A DNA stretch of 43,903 nt from Nemertoderma westbladi. Its lineage: Eukaryota; Animalia; Xenacoelomorpha. Under the pieces are notes generated by a model. That model made no database searches, had not been told where the DNA came from, and saw nothing but the letters and a program-made list of their open reading frames with translations. This document shows positions 23,617-34,257 of the stretch, in pieces. Where the stretch lies: positions 1 to 43,903 of the forward strand of contig JAUCBJ010005758.1 of the NCBI GenBank assembly GCA_032718475.1, read 5' to 3'. Made by a program: the position numbers and the translations under genes. Every line of letters begins with the position of its first letter. Position 1 is the first letter of the stretch.

Positions 23617-24801
23617 TTACATATGATATGTTTTGTGAGTGAATTCCGTCTCACATACTTCATGAAGAAAATTAGAGCGTAATAAATTCGTTCTGGCAAT
23701 TTTTAATTCTTTCAAATTCAGGAATTTTTCTATAATATTTTGCAGATCTCCATATTTATTTAAATCATTGAGACCATTAATTTCAAGCTTTTCCAGGCAC
23801 TGCCCCATATTGTCGACTATATGTCGTACTATCTGATATCCCTTCGGTATTCTACTGAACCCATTACAAAGAATGAGAAACTGAGAAACAGGTGGTCTTC
23901 CTCTTATTAATCCAATCACATATGATAATGTATCTTTGGTCGTATTATTCAAATAAAAAGAGAACTGAACTCTTAGATTAGGTTTAATGTCCCACATACC
24001 ATCTTGATCATCAGCTAGAGGATTAACATCATCTATACCTTCTCCAGCAGGTAAGGTATCTTCATCTAAAACCAGTTTCAAATTTTCCAAGAGAATACAA
24101 CTTGTTATTATCTTTTGCAATAAAGACTTGCTGAGGTAATCGTAATTGGTACCAAAGTAGGTCAGCATTTTAAATTCTCCTACTGTTTCCAAGCCAACTG
24201 GATAATTCAATCCTGTAAATGCTGATCTATTGAAAATGAATGGAAGATTGAGAGATTTCAGCTTATCAAAATTTAAAGTCATACTTTGCAGAATATCCTC
24301 TTCTAAAGGCTCTCTCTCAAATGAAATATAAGTACTACATAGTTCAAAATGCTCTAAATTAATTGTTGTCTTAAGAAATGCACAAAGGGAAAAGTAGCAC
24401 TCTTCATCTACTGTGTAGGAAATACTATGAGTTATATTTTTATAATATTTCTTTACAGCTGGTAACATAGAAAGTTTCGAGAATATAATATTATTGCCAA
24501 TTAGACTAAATCTTTTGAGATCTGGGGAATGTACTCGAGTTATTGTATCTAATGCAATCTTTAAGTGATTAAGTATAACTTTACGATCTGATCGTGACAC
24601 ATGTTCATCGATCTTCAATGATAGATCAACTATATTTATGCTATTGGTTTTTAGAAGTAATAATGTTTCTGAGTTTTTCTGACTATCACCAGACAACACA
24701 AACTCTTGTTTGGGATTGTATTGTGATGCTTGTTCGGATGCTTGATCAGACTCGTCACACATCACTTCTCTAAATGAATTTGATTCCCTATCTTCATCCA
24801 T
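23617..24801 (-). CDS. Leucine-rich-repeat (RNI-like, FBXL-like) protein, 394 aa; possibly a decaying gene
   Basis: Long ORF in AT-rich DNA with recurring LxxLxL motifs (LKRFSL, NLEHFEL, KLKSLNL, LLENLKL, CLEKLEI, NLKELKI). No F-box lies inside the ORF. Confidence 0.65.
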   Translation of the reverse strand: MDEDRESNSFREVMCDESDQASEQASQYNPKQEFVLSGDSQKNSETLLLLKTNSINIVDLSLKIDEHVSRSDRKVILNHLKIALDTITRVHSPDLKRFSLIGNNIIFSKLSMLPAVKKYYKNITHSISYTVDEECYFSLCAFLKTTINLEHFELCSTYISFEREPLEEDILQSMTLNFDKLKSLNLPFIFNRSAFTGLNYPVGLETVGEFKMLTYFGTNYDYLSKSLLQKIITSCILLENLKLVLDEDTLPAGEGIDDVNPLADDQDGMWDIKPNLRVQFSFYLNNTTKDTLSYVIGLIRGRPPVSQFLILCNGFSRIPKGYQIVRHIVDNMGQCLEKLEINGLNDLNKYGDLQNIIEKFLNLKELKIARTNLLRSNFLHEVCETEFTHKTYHM

Positions 24802-25429
24802 CCTCTATGAACCAATCATACATTTTCATTTAGTTTCATATTTTTCGAGTAAATATATTTATAAGTGATATGAACCACTTATATTACACCTTTACAAACC
24901 CCAAAAATATATTGAAGCATCAAGTAGGCAAATTGCCGCATTTTTAAAGAAAGATTTTTCAATCAATAATATGTATTTTGAGTGTTTTTTTTTATTCATC
25001 ATATTTGTCTAATTTTTTTTATATTGATATTTCATAGTTTTTGTGTGGCAAACACTACGCGTACACCTTCTCCTACATCTGTACATATAAATGTACCGAA
25101 AGCAAGTAGGCCTATACATACAACGACTGTTGATTCTAAGGCTGTTGATTCTCAATGAAATTTGGTTTACTACAATATTTGATAGAATAATTGGTACTTT
25201 ACAACCCGCATCTCTGTAACCTACTCCTTTACTTAGAGGTGTGGTGTGTAGGTGTATCGGCGTAGGCATAGTATTTACCCCCATCGTTTTGGTGGTTATT
25301 TTATTAGTACGAATTTTGATAAGATATAATCCGGGTGTTAACTGAGAAACATAAAACAAAAAGGCTACGGTTCCGTATGCCACTACACTTTTTAATGTGC
25401 ATAATAAAATACTACTACTACTAGGTCGA

Positions 25430-28400
25430 GCGAACTCGGACAATGGAAATGAGATCCTTCCAGGCTTCCCGATTCTCCAGTTGTCGCAATTTCGTTTCTC
25501 CCAAGTTCAGTATCCCTTTCATGTTGATCTATATATGTTATGGCTGGTCGTCCACGACTACGCTTTCCATGAGTTGGTTGCCAGAGAAGTAGATCTAGTA
25601 TGACCTCGTCTTTACTTCGCCAGCAGTGCCCACTGCATCTTAATCTGCGTTCACGGAGGGTGGTTGATACAGGTGGTATTGTACCATAAAGCTCGGCGTA
25701 TGTCATGTGTTGTCTCCAGCTGATGTTTAGGACTGCCCTTAGTAGTCTTGTGTAGCAACCATTAATTCGATGTTAAAGTGATTTAGTCAGTGTCCAGGTC
25801 TCACCCCCGTATAAAATTACACTTTCCACTGTGGGTCGAAAGAACTTAGTCTTCAGGTGCCTGGAGAGATCTGATTTCCAGATGGTATCCATTTTTAATA
25901 GAGCTACCCAAGCCTTTGCTTTCCTAACTTCTATGTCATTTTTGCTACTCTCTATCCATGATCCAAGGTACTGGAAGTCATCGACCTTCCTTAGTTGATT
26001 ATTATCAATGGTTGTCAAGTTTCCATCAACATTAAAGGTCATGAATTCGGTCTTGGTAGCATTTATATGCAATCCAACCTCCTTAGCAGCCCTCTCCACT
26101 TGATTTAGTAGAAGCTGTGCATCTGCTAGCGTATTAGAGAGTAGGGCGATGTCATCCGCAAAGTCTTTGTCTGTGACTGTAGTTGCTGGATATCTACTAC
26201 TTCTGCGTTCTTGAAGTGTGAATCCCAGATCTTCACCCTTTGTGGCCGTCCTCATTGCGTAATCCAGCACAATTATAAATAGGAATGGTGCTAATGTGTC
26301 ACCTTGCGGTACGCCAGCCAGGATTGAGAAAAACTCTGTTTCACTATCTGGTGAGAGTACCTGCGCTTCTGTGTCACAATATAACAATCCAATGCCAGCA
26401 ACAATTACTTCTGGTATTCCATAAGCTCTTAGGATTTCAGGCATTTTACCTCTATGGATGGAGTCGAATGCCTTCCTGAAGTCCACAAAAGTCATGACTG
26501 CGGGGAGATTCTTTGACTTAATTCCTTCAATCAGTCTCCGTAGTGCAAGTATCTGAGCTATTGTTGATCTACTTGGTCGAAATCCATTTTGGCTCTTACG
26601 CAGTAGTTTCTCTATGTGAGGCCTAATCCTATATAGAATCATTTTATTGTATATTTTGGCAGCTACTACAAGCAGACAGATCCCACGATAGTTTGTTGGT
26701 ATACCGAGGTCTCCTTTCTTGGGGAGAGGCTTTAGTTGACCTTTAGTCCAAATTGGTGGTGGCTTTTCCCCTTTTAACATCCGGTTGCAAACATTCAATA
26801 ATGGTCTGTTTAGCACTCCGGTTTTCCATACCTCGGCTGGGATTTCATCTAATCCACTCGCTTTATTATTGGACATGCTTTTAATGCTTCTTTGGAGTTG
26901 GGCAGGTGTGAAGTCCCCCGCTTCTATAGGTAGTGTCTTGTCATATATTTTCCTTGTAGGGCTGACCTCAATGTTTGGTGGCTGCCCAAGCAAGTTGCTG
27001 AAGTGATTTTTCCACTTCCCAACACGTTCTTCAGGACTATCGGCTTTGAGGCGCCCCTTTGCACAACTTTTCCGACCAGATACCTCATTTACAGTTTGCC
27101 AGGTAAGTCTTGATTGTTGCTGTATGTGAGCAGTTGTAATTGCTGCAGTTTTATCCTCTATGTACTTTTCCTGGCTGATGTTGTAGGCCAATTTAAGATC
27201 GTTCTTAGCTTTCTCAACCTTGTTAATGTTTTCGGTTGTTGGTTGTTCGGTTTTAACTTTGTAGGCTAGCTTAAGATCTTCTCTCTTACAAGTAACCTCA
27301 GAGTTTTGCCATGGCACATACTGTTTTCGTTTGGGTTTCTGGGGGATATGCCTCTTAGCTGATTCCTTGTGGGCTGTTATTATATTCTGGTATATTGAAT
27401 CGGTGGGTTGGTCTTCATCCATTGACTGAAATGCTTCAAAGCGGTTTTGAACTTCTACTGTGTAAGCATCCTTTACAGCATTGTCAGTTCTGAGTTTTTC
27501 CCAGTCATAGTTGATTTGCTTGCTTGTCCTGGGTTTGCTGGCTCTCAAACTGAGTCTGATCTCTGCAGTCACAATTCTGTGGTCCGAACCAAATAGGTTG
27601 AACGAGCTGTATGCCTCGCAGTTGATCATGCTGTTTCTCCACTTTTTGATTATAAGGATGTAATCCAGTTGTGCTTTGGTTCCATTAGGGTATTGAAAGG
27701 TCCATAGCTTCCCCTTACTCTTTTCGAATGTGTTGTTTGTTGGTATCAATTCACATTCTTCCATTATGTCTAAAAGTAAGTACCCATTTCTGTTAGAACT
27801 GGTGTTATAGGTGTAACCCTTGATGTCTTCTGGGCCAATTTGCGCATTCAGGTCACCAGCAATGACTTTAACATTGTGTTTCGGAATGTCCTTTATAAGT
27901 CCAGTCAGTTCTTCATAAAGCTTGACTGCTTTTTCTGGCTCTGAGGCATGTCAATCATGTGCTCTGTTGGACTGTAGCAACATATAACTGTTGCCTTGGG
28001 ATTCCCATCAAATGTTGCGATCATAACCCTGGAATTTATAGATTCGATGTTGTTTAGGGTCTTAAATGCAAATGGGCTTAGCAGAATTCCTACTCCACCA
28101 ATTGATGCATTGGCCGAGTTTCTTACTGCTGCGCTTGTTACTAACGTCCATTTCTAATGTCATTGTACTTCATGGCAGTGTCTTCATGACAAATCCGATG
28201 TTCTTGGATGCAGATGATGTCAATGTTATAATCCATTGCCAGAGTGACCATGTCACACTGTTTGGTATGTGCTTTCAGCGTGCGTGCGTTCATTGTAGCA
28301 ATCTTTATTGTCTTTTTACATTTCAACAGGTTGGGTCTTCTTTCGTCTCTGTCTTCTGTTCCAGTAGCCAATTTATCGACCGCAGCCTGGTGTACCACTG

Positions 28401-28470
28401 AGGGACGCGGTCCTTGTTGACCCGGGCGACGACCGAGCCGGTATTTCTCCTGGAGGGTTCTCATACTCAT
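25430..28470 (-). pseudogene. RTE-like ORF (APE-RT), disrupted
   Basis: Pieces at 28141-28470, 25773-27764 and 25392-25706. In-frame TAA at 25773-25775 (TLTKSL*HRINGCYTRLL), with further stops/frameshifts around 27950-28140. Confidence 0.9.
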
Positions 28471-28855
28471 ATCTTTCAGTTGCGGGAGTAAACCGCTTGT
28501 GGTCGCAACTCCTACAAGCGTCTTCGCAGTAGGTCGCCGTTAGTTGATTACCTTCAGCCGACCTTGTCAGTATGTCTAGCCGTTAGGTGATTACCTTCCG
28601 CCTATCCATGGCCTACAGCCCTGCTGCCGACTGTAGGGGTCCATTTGTTACGCCCTGAACCAAGTGTGCCTCCTGGGTTAGGTTACCTAACACTGGTAGA
28701 GGAGCATCCAGTATAGACAGGGCGGGGCGTGTATCATCTCTAATGCAGATGCGTATCAAGCCTTTGCCTTCAATGGTGCCCTAGGCGCTATAGCCCTCAA
28801 TGACTTATTTAGTTGACGGGGCTAAACCAACCCATGTTTATCGGGCCTGTCCTAC

Positions 28856-29440
28856 ATTAAACTTCGAATACGTAAGGGAAAGGCATGGGCAGCCTTGAAT
28901 AGGCTTTCCAGGATTTGGAAGTCACCGAGAATTAATCGGACACTTAAGGTCCGATTATTTAGAGCAGCAGTAGTTCCAGTACTCCTCTATGGGAGTCCAT
29001 GCTGGGCTCTAACTGCTGAAGACACCAAATCTCTGGATGGCACATTCACAAGAATGCTACGCCGGGTTCATTGTGTCAAGTACAATGCACACATCTCCAA
29101 CCAGACACTATATAACATTGGAGGTGACTCATTGGTTCCCCCAAGCTTGACACTAGAACAAAATCGCCTCCGCTTTGCAGGACATTCCTTTCGCCGTGAG
29201 GACCAGCCAGTGCATAATATTGTACTTTGGCAGCCTCATGGAGTGAATAAGCATGGTGGACAGCCCATGATTTTCTTGAGACGCATCTTAAAGGACACTT
29301 GCCTTGAAGATGCGGATGATCTAGCAAATGTCATGGGTGATAGGGAGTTGTGGCGGTGCAATTTTGTCGATAAGCCGGCACAGCATTCTTAAAAATGCAG
29401 CTGCAATGCAGCATGCCGATCCTAGTAGTACTAGTAGTAG
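28856..29440 (+). mobile_element. 5'-truncated RTE-like LINE of a second family, nested antisense in the 5' end of the first
   Basis: RIRKGKAWAALNRLSRIWKS...VLLYGSPCW...RLRFAGH matches an RTE C-terminus, followed by a TAGTAG tail. TSD (G)TCCTAC at 28849-28855 and 29440-29446. Confidence 0.88.
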
Positions 29441-30038
29441 TCCTACTGGGCCATAATAAAATGAAATGTGTTAACATTTAGTAGTTAGTTATTTTTTAAT
29501 TTTAAATTAGCTAGTAATTTTTAAAAAATTCAGAATTCAACTTTTACTAAATTGTTGCCAATGTTTTAACATTTTTTATAGTTTCAATAAATACTATCTA
29601 GTAAAAAAAAACATATCTACTAATGTTCTAGAATATACCAATAATAATAATCTAAAAAATTACCGTATTAATTAAATTTAAAAAAATGGTCACACAAGCC
29701 GTACTAGTGTAGCCCGTGTCACCATTATTCTGCCTATTTTTATAGCTGTTTTGACTATTGATATATGTTCTGTAAAATATTGTGGACTGATTACATGATC
29801 AATGTTTGTGGTAGCTAGTGATTTGATGGTAGCTATAGGGTTTTTTTTTCATTATAACTATTTTAAGAGGGGGGGGGGGGGGTAGCACCCCCAAAATGAA
29901 ACTCACATTTTTGTGTCTCTGGACCCTAAAATTGGGTGAAAATTATTTGTTGTGCTACTAAACATCGTCTGGACTGTGTAAGAATAACCAACCCAAATAT
30001 TTTTTTAAATTTGATTTTAATATACCTTAACGTTTATC

Positions 30039-30080
30039 GGAGACGCGGGTTCGATCCCCGCTGGTGGCAAATTTATTTTT
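30039..30080 (+). mobile_element. tRNA-derived SINE head remnant (B box only)
   Basis: GCGGGTTCGATCCCCGC forms a T-arm/B-box hairpin; the A box is missing. Confidence 0.45.
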
Positions 30081-30870
30081 TCTGCTCCATTTGCTATAGA
30101 GTTGGTTCATCCTAAGTCCTGTTTAAATTACTTAATAATTTATGCAACCTATGGATGTTAAAACATATAAACAATTAAAAAGAATTATGTTAATTATTTT
30201 ATTCACGTTTTATAACCATCCCATACTTTTTAAATACAAACCATGCTTTTGTCTAAAAAATGTTCTAGAACAAATAATATTTATTCTAGAACATTAATTT
30301 TTTCAAATCTCCCGCGGGGTGGTATAATCATAACAATATGCTATGATATATTAATTTATGACCGGTACCACGAGCTCAGCTACCCCTAGTGCCCATCTCT
30401 TGCCATTCTCGCCTCAACTCAATTTATTGTTAATCTCTAATTGTGTATGTAAACTCTGAGTTTCTTCGTTTTGAAATTTACACCGTCTGGGTGTGTATAT
30501 TATAATATTATTTTTATAATTATGGTATCCGTAGTATGTGAAAGTTTTAATGAAATTGGGATCCCTGCTATGTATGTTTATGGTTTTATATTTAATAGTC
30601 TAATTTAAAATTTTTTGATTGGGGATAAAAATTATGTTAGTGGCTCTATGGACAATGTGATGTATGTTCGGAAAGAAACCTTTCCTATAATTACTCCTAT
30701 ACAGTAATTAACTTCAGATAAAATTCATAATTTTACGTATACCAATAATTATTTTGTGAGGAATAAACATAAAAGGAAAAAGGAAAGCTATAACGGGGAT
30801 AAATGTTTCGGCTGCTGTATACTCATACGCATGGGGAGATGGATGGGGTAGGGGGGGGGGGGGGGGGGGG

Positions 30871-31550
30871 ATTGCAACCTCGCCACAGCACCTGACCTCA
30901 GATCCCGTGCCCTTGCCAATTCCACGGCTTTGCACCATGCTGGAGACTGGCTTCAAGCCATCCCCTCTGAGAGTCTGGGCCTACACTTCCTGGACCAGGA
31001 ATTCAGGCTCTCCCTGGACTACTGGCTAGGTGTTCGCATGGTCTCGGAACCAACTCCCTGTCCCATCTGCTCCTCTGCCTCTGACCCCTTTGGAGACCAT
31101 CATGTTGGCTGTGGCGGTGAAGGAGACAAGATATCACGCCATGACTCACTCCGGAACGCTATCTTCCAAGCAGCCCAATCAGCAGCTCTAGCGCCCAGGA
31201 GTGAAGTCCCTGGCCTGATCCCTGGCTCCCGCAGTCGCCCTGCCGATGTGCACCTTCCCAACTGGAAAAGGGGCCAGCCCATGGCACTAGACGTCACAGT
31301 TATCACCCCCTTCCAGTCACGAACCCTCTCCCAAGCCGCCAGTACCCCTGGACATGCACTCTCCATCGCCGGGAACGCAAACTCACCGCCCACCTCGAGG
31401 AGCGCCGCAATTCGGGTGTGGGATTAACCCCTCTCTTGGTGGAGGCCCTGGGCGGATGAGACTCGGACTCCAGCAGTGCAGTCCTCTGGGAAATCCTCGG
31501 GCCCACGCGCTCCGGCCCGCGATTTCAGGTACGGCCCGCTTCCTCTCCAC
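30871..31550 (+). mobile_element. Fragment of a CRE-like non-LTR retrotransposon (zinc knuckle + restriction-like endonuclease), frameshifted
   Basis: HAGDWLQAIPSESLGL, CPIC...DPFGDHHVGC, RHDSLR, RPADV and ALDVTV, then after a frameshift (~31376) PLLVEALGG*. It is a GC-rich island in AT-rich flanks. Confidence 0.8.
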
Positions 31551-32162
31551 TCCAATTTTCGCGTTTTTAGAATATTCGTTGACGGTTCTATTTAAAGACT
31601 ATTCAATATTTAAAGACGGTCAAACAAACAGACCAACTAACAAACATACCAAAATACAATCAGACATACAGATGTCAAGTTTATTTTAAAATAGAACATA
31701 TTTTATTTCCTTCCGCATAGAAAAGGCGTTAAACAATCAACTAACTACAATATATTCTAACTTCTCAACAACTTTATTAACATCGCTGTGCTCTGTAAAT
31801 AAAATATCTAGAATAATAGTGAAAACAATGCTCGACAATATTTGTCATGCAATAAATAATTACTAAATTCCATATAATTTCACCCTCTGTTCTTACCGGA
31901 CAGTTAGTTAGTGGGGTCCGGTCAGTTCATAGACCGAAAGATAGCAAGCTAACTTGAAGTATGTATATAGAATATATCGTGTATTTTAATATTTTATTGC
32001 CTATACTGACACTGTTACGGTAAAGAGCTATTATTGTCTTAGTATGTGGTACCACGCTAAAATGTTGTAACTGACATATATTTTGGTAATGAATTAATTT
32101 TTAATTAATTAATTAATTAATAATAGCCAGAGCACATTTCAGCCTTGCTTCTTGCAAAAATA

Positions 32163-32219
32163 TACTGGAACTCATTTAGCTACCATGTAAAGAACATGGT
32201 AGCTAAATGAGTTCCAGTA
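32163..32219. repeat. Perfect 26-bp inverted repeat with 5-nt loop (TA-flanked mini-MITE/hairpin)
   Basis: TACTGGAACTCATTTAGCTACCATGT-aaaga-ACATGGTAGCTAAATGAGTTCCAGTA. Confidence 0.9.
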
Positions 32220-33559
32220 GATTTTTAGTAGCATGGCGATAACAATTGCATGGTGGCATCACAATTTCATCGTTAATTTATTTCATCAAAGTTCCAAAAT
32301 ATTAATATAATCTTACTTATAAATTATGCGTTTGGAACGTCAATAAGTTGAAATGAAATACCAACATCTCTTACATCATTGTATGAAAATAACACTATTT
32401 AGCGTCACCAAAGACACTTCCTCACTGGGCTCGCTTGGTGCATAAACACAATCGGGTCAGAACATTGAAAATTCCTACTATAATGTATAATGAAAGCAAA
32501 TACATTTAATCTCTTATAATTTGTTACAAATAATTTGGACTTAAACAAATAAAATTATTACCTAATATTTAGATGATTTCCAAAAAAAATACGAAAATAA
32601 ACTCGATAAATTAAATATGCAGATACGTAGGCCAAGGTACATCAAATAAATCAAAAGAAAAAGAAACAGTATTTAACAACTATTGATAACTATTTCACTA
32701 GAAACAGCGAACCGGAAACACTGAGACCACTTCCACTCAAATAGCGCACAATACAACAAAAGGTTAAAAGCAAGGGCAACCGGCTTCTCGTAAAAATACC
32801 CGGTGATGATTATCTGATAATCTGTTTTGATTCGATTTTGTGACAATAGCGATGGTTGTTCATGTTTTATAAACCCAAAAAATTGAACAAGAATCCATTA
32901 ATCGTATTTAAAGGAGGTTTATTTCACTATAAAGTTGTATCATCTCGTATTTCCCTTTGAAGGTTTTCCGCGTGATCGTGCAACCTCTTTGTGAATTACT
33001 TAAAATGGGTTTTATAAATACATACAAATTCGACATCCGACCGCAGTTTTAATTAACAGGTTGTCAAATATAATCAAGAATTAATTATTATTTTCTACAA
33101 CAAGTTAAAATGTTCAGAAATATGACAGAAATATAGAACTAAATTCCTAATAACATTTACCAAATAATTAGCTAAAATTCTGAAATGGATTTCAAGTTAT
33201 GTGATATGAAAAACCAGTAAGAATTCTTATACTGCAATGCAGCAACTACCTAAGACTAATACACATTCGTTATATTATATATCACAGAGTTCATGCATTG
33301 TTTCACACGCAAAATCTGGGCCCTATTTATATTGGATAAAATCTAGACAGTCGGACGGCCGACAAACGTTATTTATGTTAAGAGAAATTAAATTATTCTA
33401 ACGAAAACACAACGAGAATTAAGCGAAGCGATAACAATGCCATTTTTTCATAATAACGGTTGTCGGCATAGCTTTTAGATTATTTAATTATTAATTATTT
33501 AATAACAAGTTACAACATTGTTAATATTCTTAGCAAGACAGCTTAGAAAAGTCGGCAAT

Positions 33560-33633
33560 GACGACCAGGTGGGATCGAACTAGGTGATCTCTGGGTTGGA
33601 AGTCTGATGGTCTACCCATTCAGCTAGCGGCTC
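33560..33633 (-). pseudogene. tRNA-like sequence (Gly-TCC-like loop); SINE head or tRNA pseudogene
   Basis: A box TAGCTGAATGG, loop CTTCCAA and B box AGTTCGATCCC at tRNA spacing. The stems are poorly paired. Confidence 0.55.
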
Positions 33634-33878
33634 GGGTAAAAGATAGACCTAAAATACTACCTGATACCTTGTATGTCCGCAATTTATGTCATCATGGCTT
33701 CCCAACTATCAATCATCTATCATCTATCATCCATCATCTGCAGCAACTGTGATCAACCCTACTGTAAATGGCCGTAAAACTACTTTGTTAATAACAACTT
33801 CATCTCGCTTGGCCTGAAGAAATTACCATAATTACAATGTATAACTGATTTATGAATTAATTATTAAATAAACACAAT

Positions 33879-34100
33879 CTACTTGCCAGGAACTGATTTT
33901 AGTTTAAATCTCTCTAAAATTTCGCTGATATTATTAAACTTTGGACGCAATGCTGGGTCTATATTCCAGCATCGTTGCATCAAGTCCACCACTGCTGACG
34001 GCATTGACTCTGGTGCTGGCATCCTGTAACCTTCTCCAATCTTTATCTGACAGTCTCTGTTAGTCATCCCCTTATAAGGTTGATCTCCACAACTGTAAAC
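33879..34100 (-). CDS. FER: Fes/Fer tyrosine kinase, exon 2 (kinase C-lobe)
   Basis: TATAG acceptor at 34101, then VYSCGDQPYKGMTN...GYRMPAPE...LMQRCWNIDPALRPKF, in frame with exon 1. Confidence 0.92.
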   Translation of the reverse strand, partial: VYSCGDQPYKGMTNRDCQIKIGEGYRMPAPESMPSAVVDLMQRCWNIDPALRPKFNNISEILERFKLKSVPGK

Positions 34101-34257
34101 CTATAATAGTAATGTGGAAGAGTATATGTCATTCCCAACAAAAAATATAACAAAGAAATTCACTGCAGTTTGCAAATACTGAAACTAATGTACGTGTCAG
34201 GACGAAACATGAGCGAAAATTCATAGCCTATGCCAATAAGAAGCTCTAATTTCTTAC

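Larger units (their letters stand above)
25411..29451 (-). mobile_element. Near full-length RTE-like non-LTR retrotransposon (APE endonuclease + RT), inactivated
   Basis: (TAG)n tail at 25411-25424 and an 11-bp TSD CATAATAAAAT at 25400-25410 and 29452-29462. APE motifs IATMNARTL, DIICIQEHR, LDYIL and SDHR. RT motifs NYRGICL, QNGFR, FVDFRKAFDS, GVPQGDTLAPFLF, FADD and YLGS. No separate ORF1 is seen. Confidence 0.92.

Noticed and set aside
25040-25390. Transmembrane-like exon on the plus strand (GVGIVFTPIVLVVILLV)
   Set aside because: It is flanked by stops with no start or splice support. It is possibly a relic but cannot be supported.
25411-29440. Twin-priming 5' inversion of a single LINE
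   Set aside because: The two parts encode different versions of the same C-terminal region, both have 3' tails, and the inner one has its own TSD.
29685-29725. Helitron 3' end (minus strand CACGGG...CTAG)
   Set aside because: Only half of the expected hairpin is present and no 5' TC end can be identified.
33560-33633. Functional tRNA-Gly gene
   Set aside because: The acceptor, anticodon and T stems have multiple mismatches, so it is better explained as a SINE head or pseudogene. The same applies to the tRNA-like bits at ~30045, ~38430, ~41470 and ~42660.
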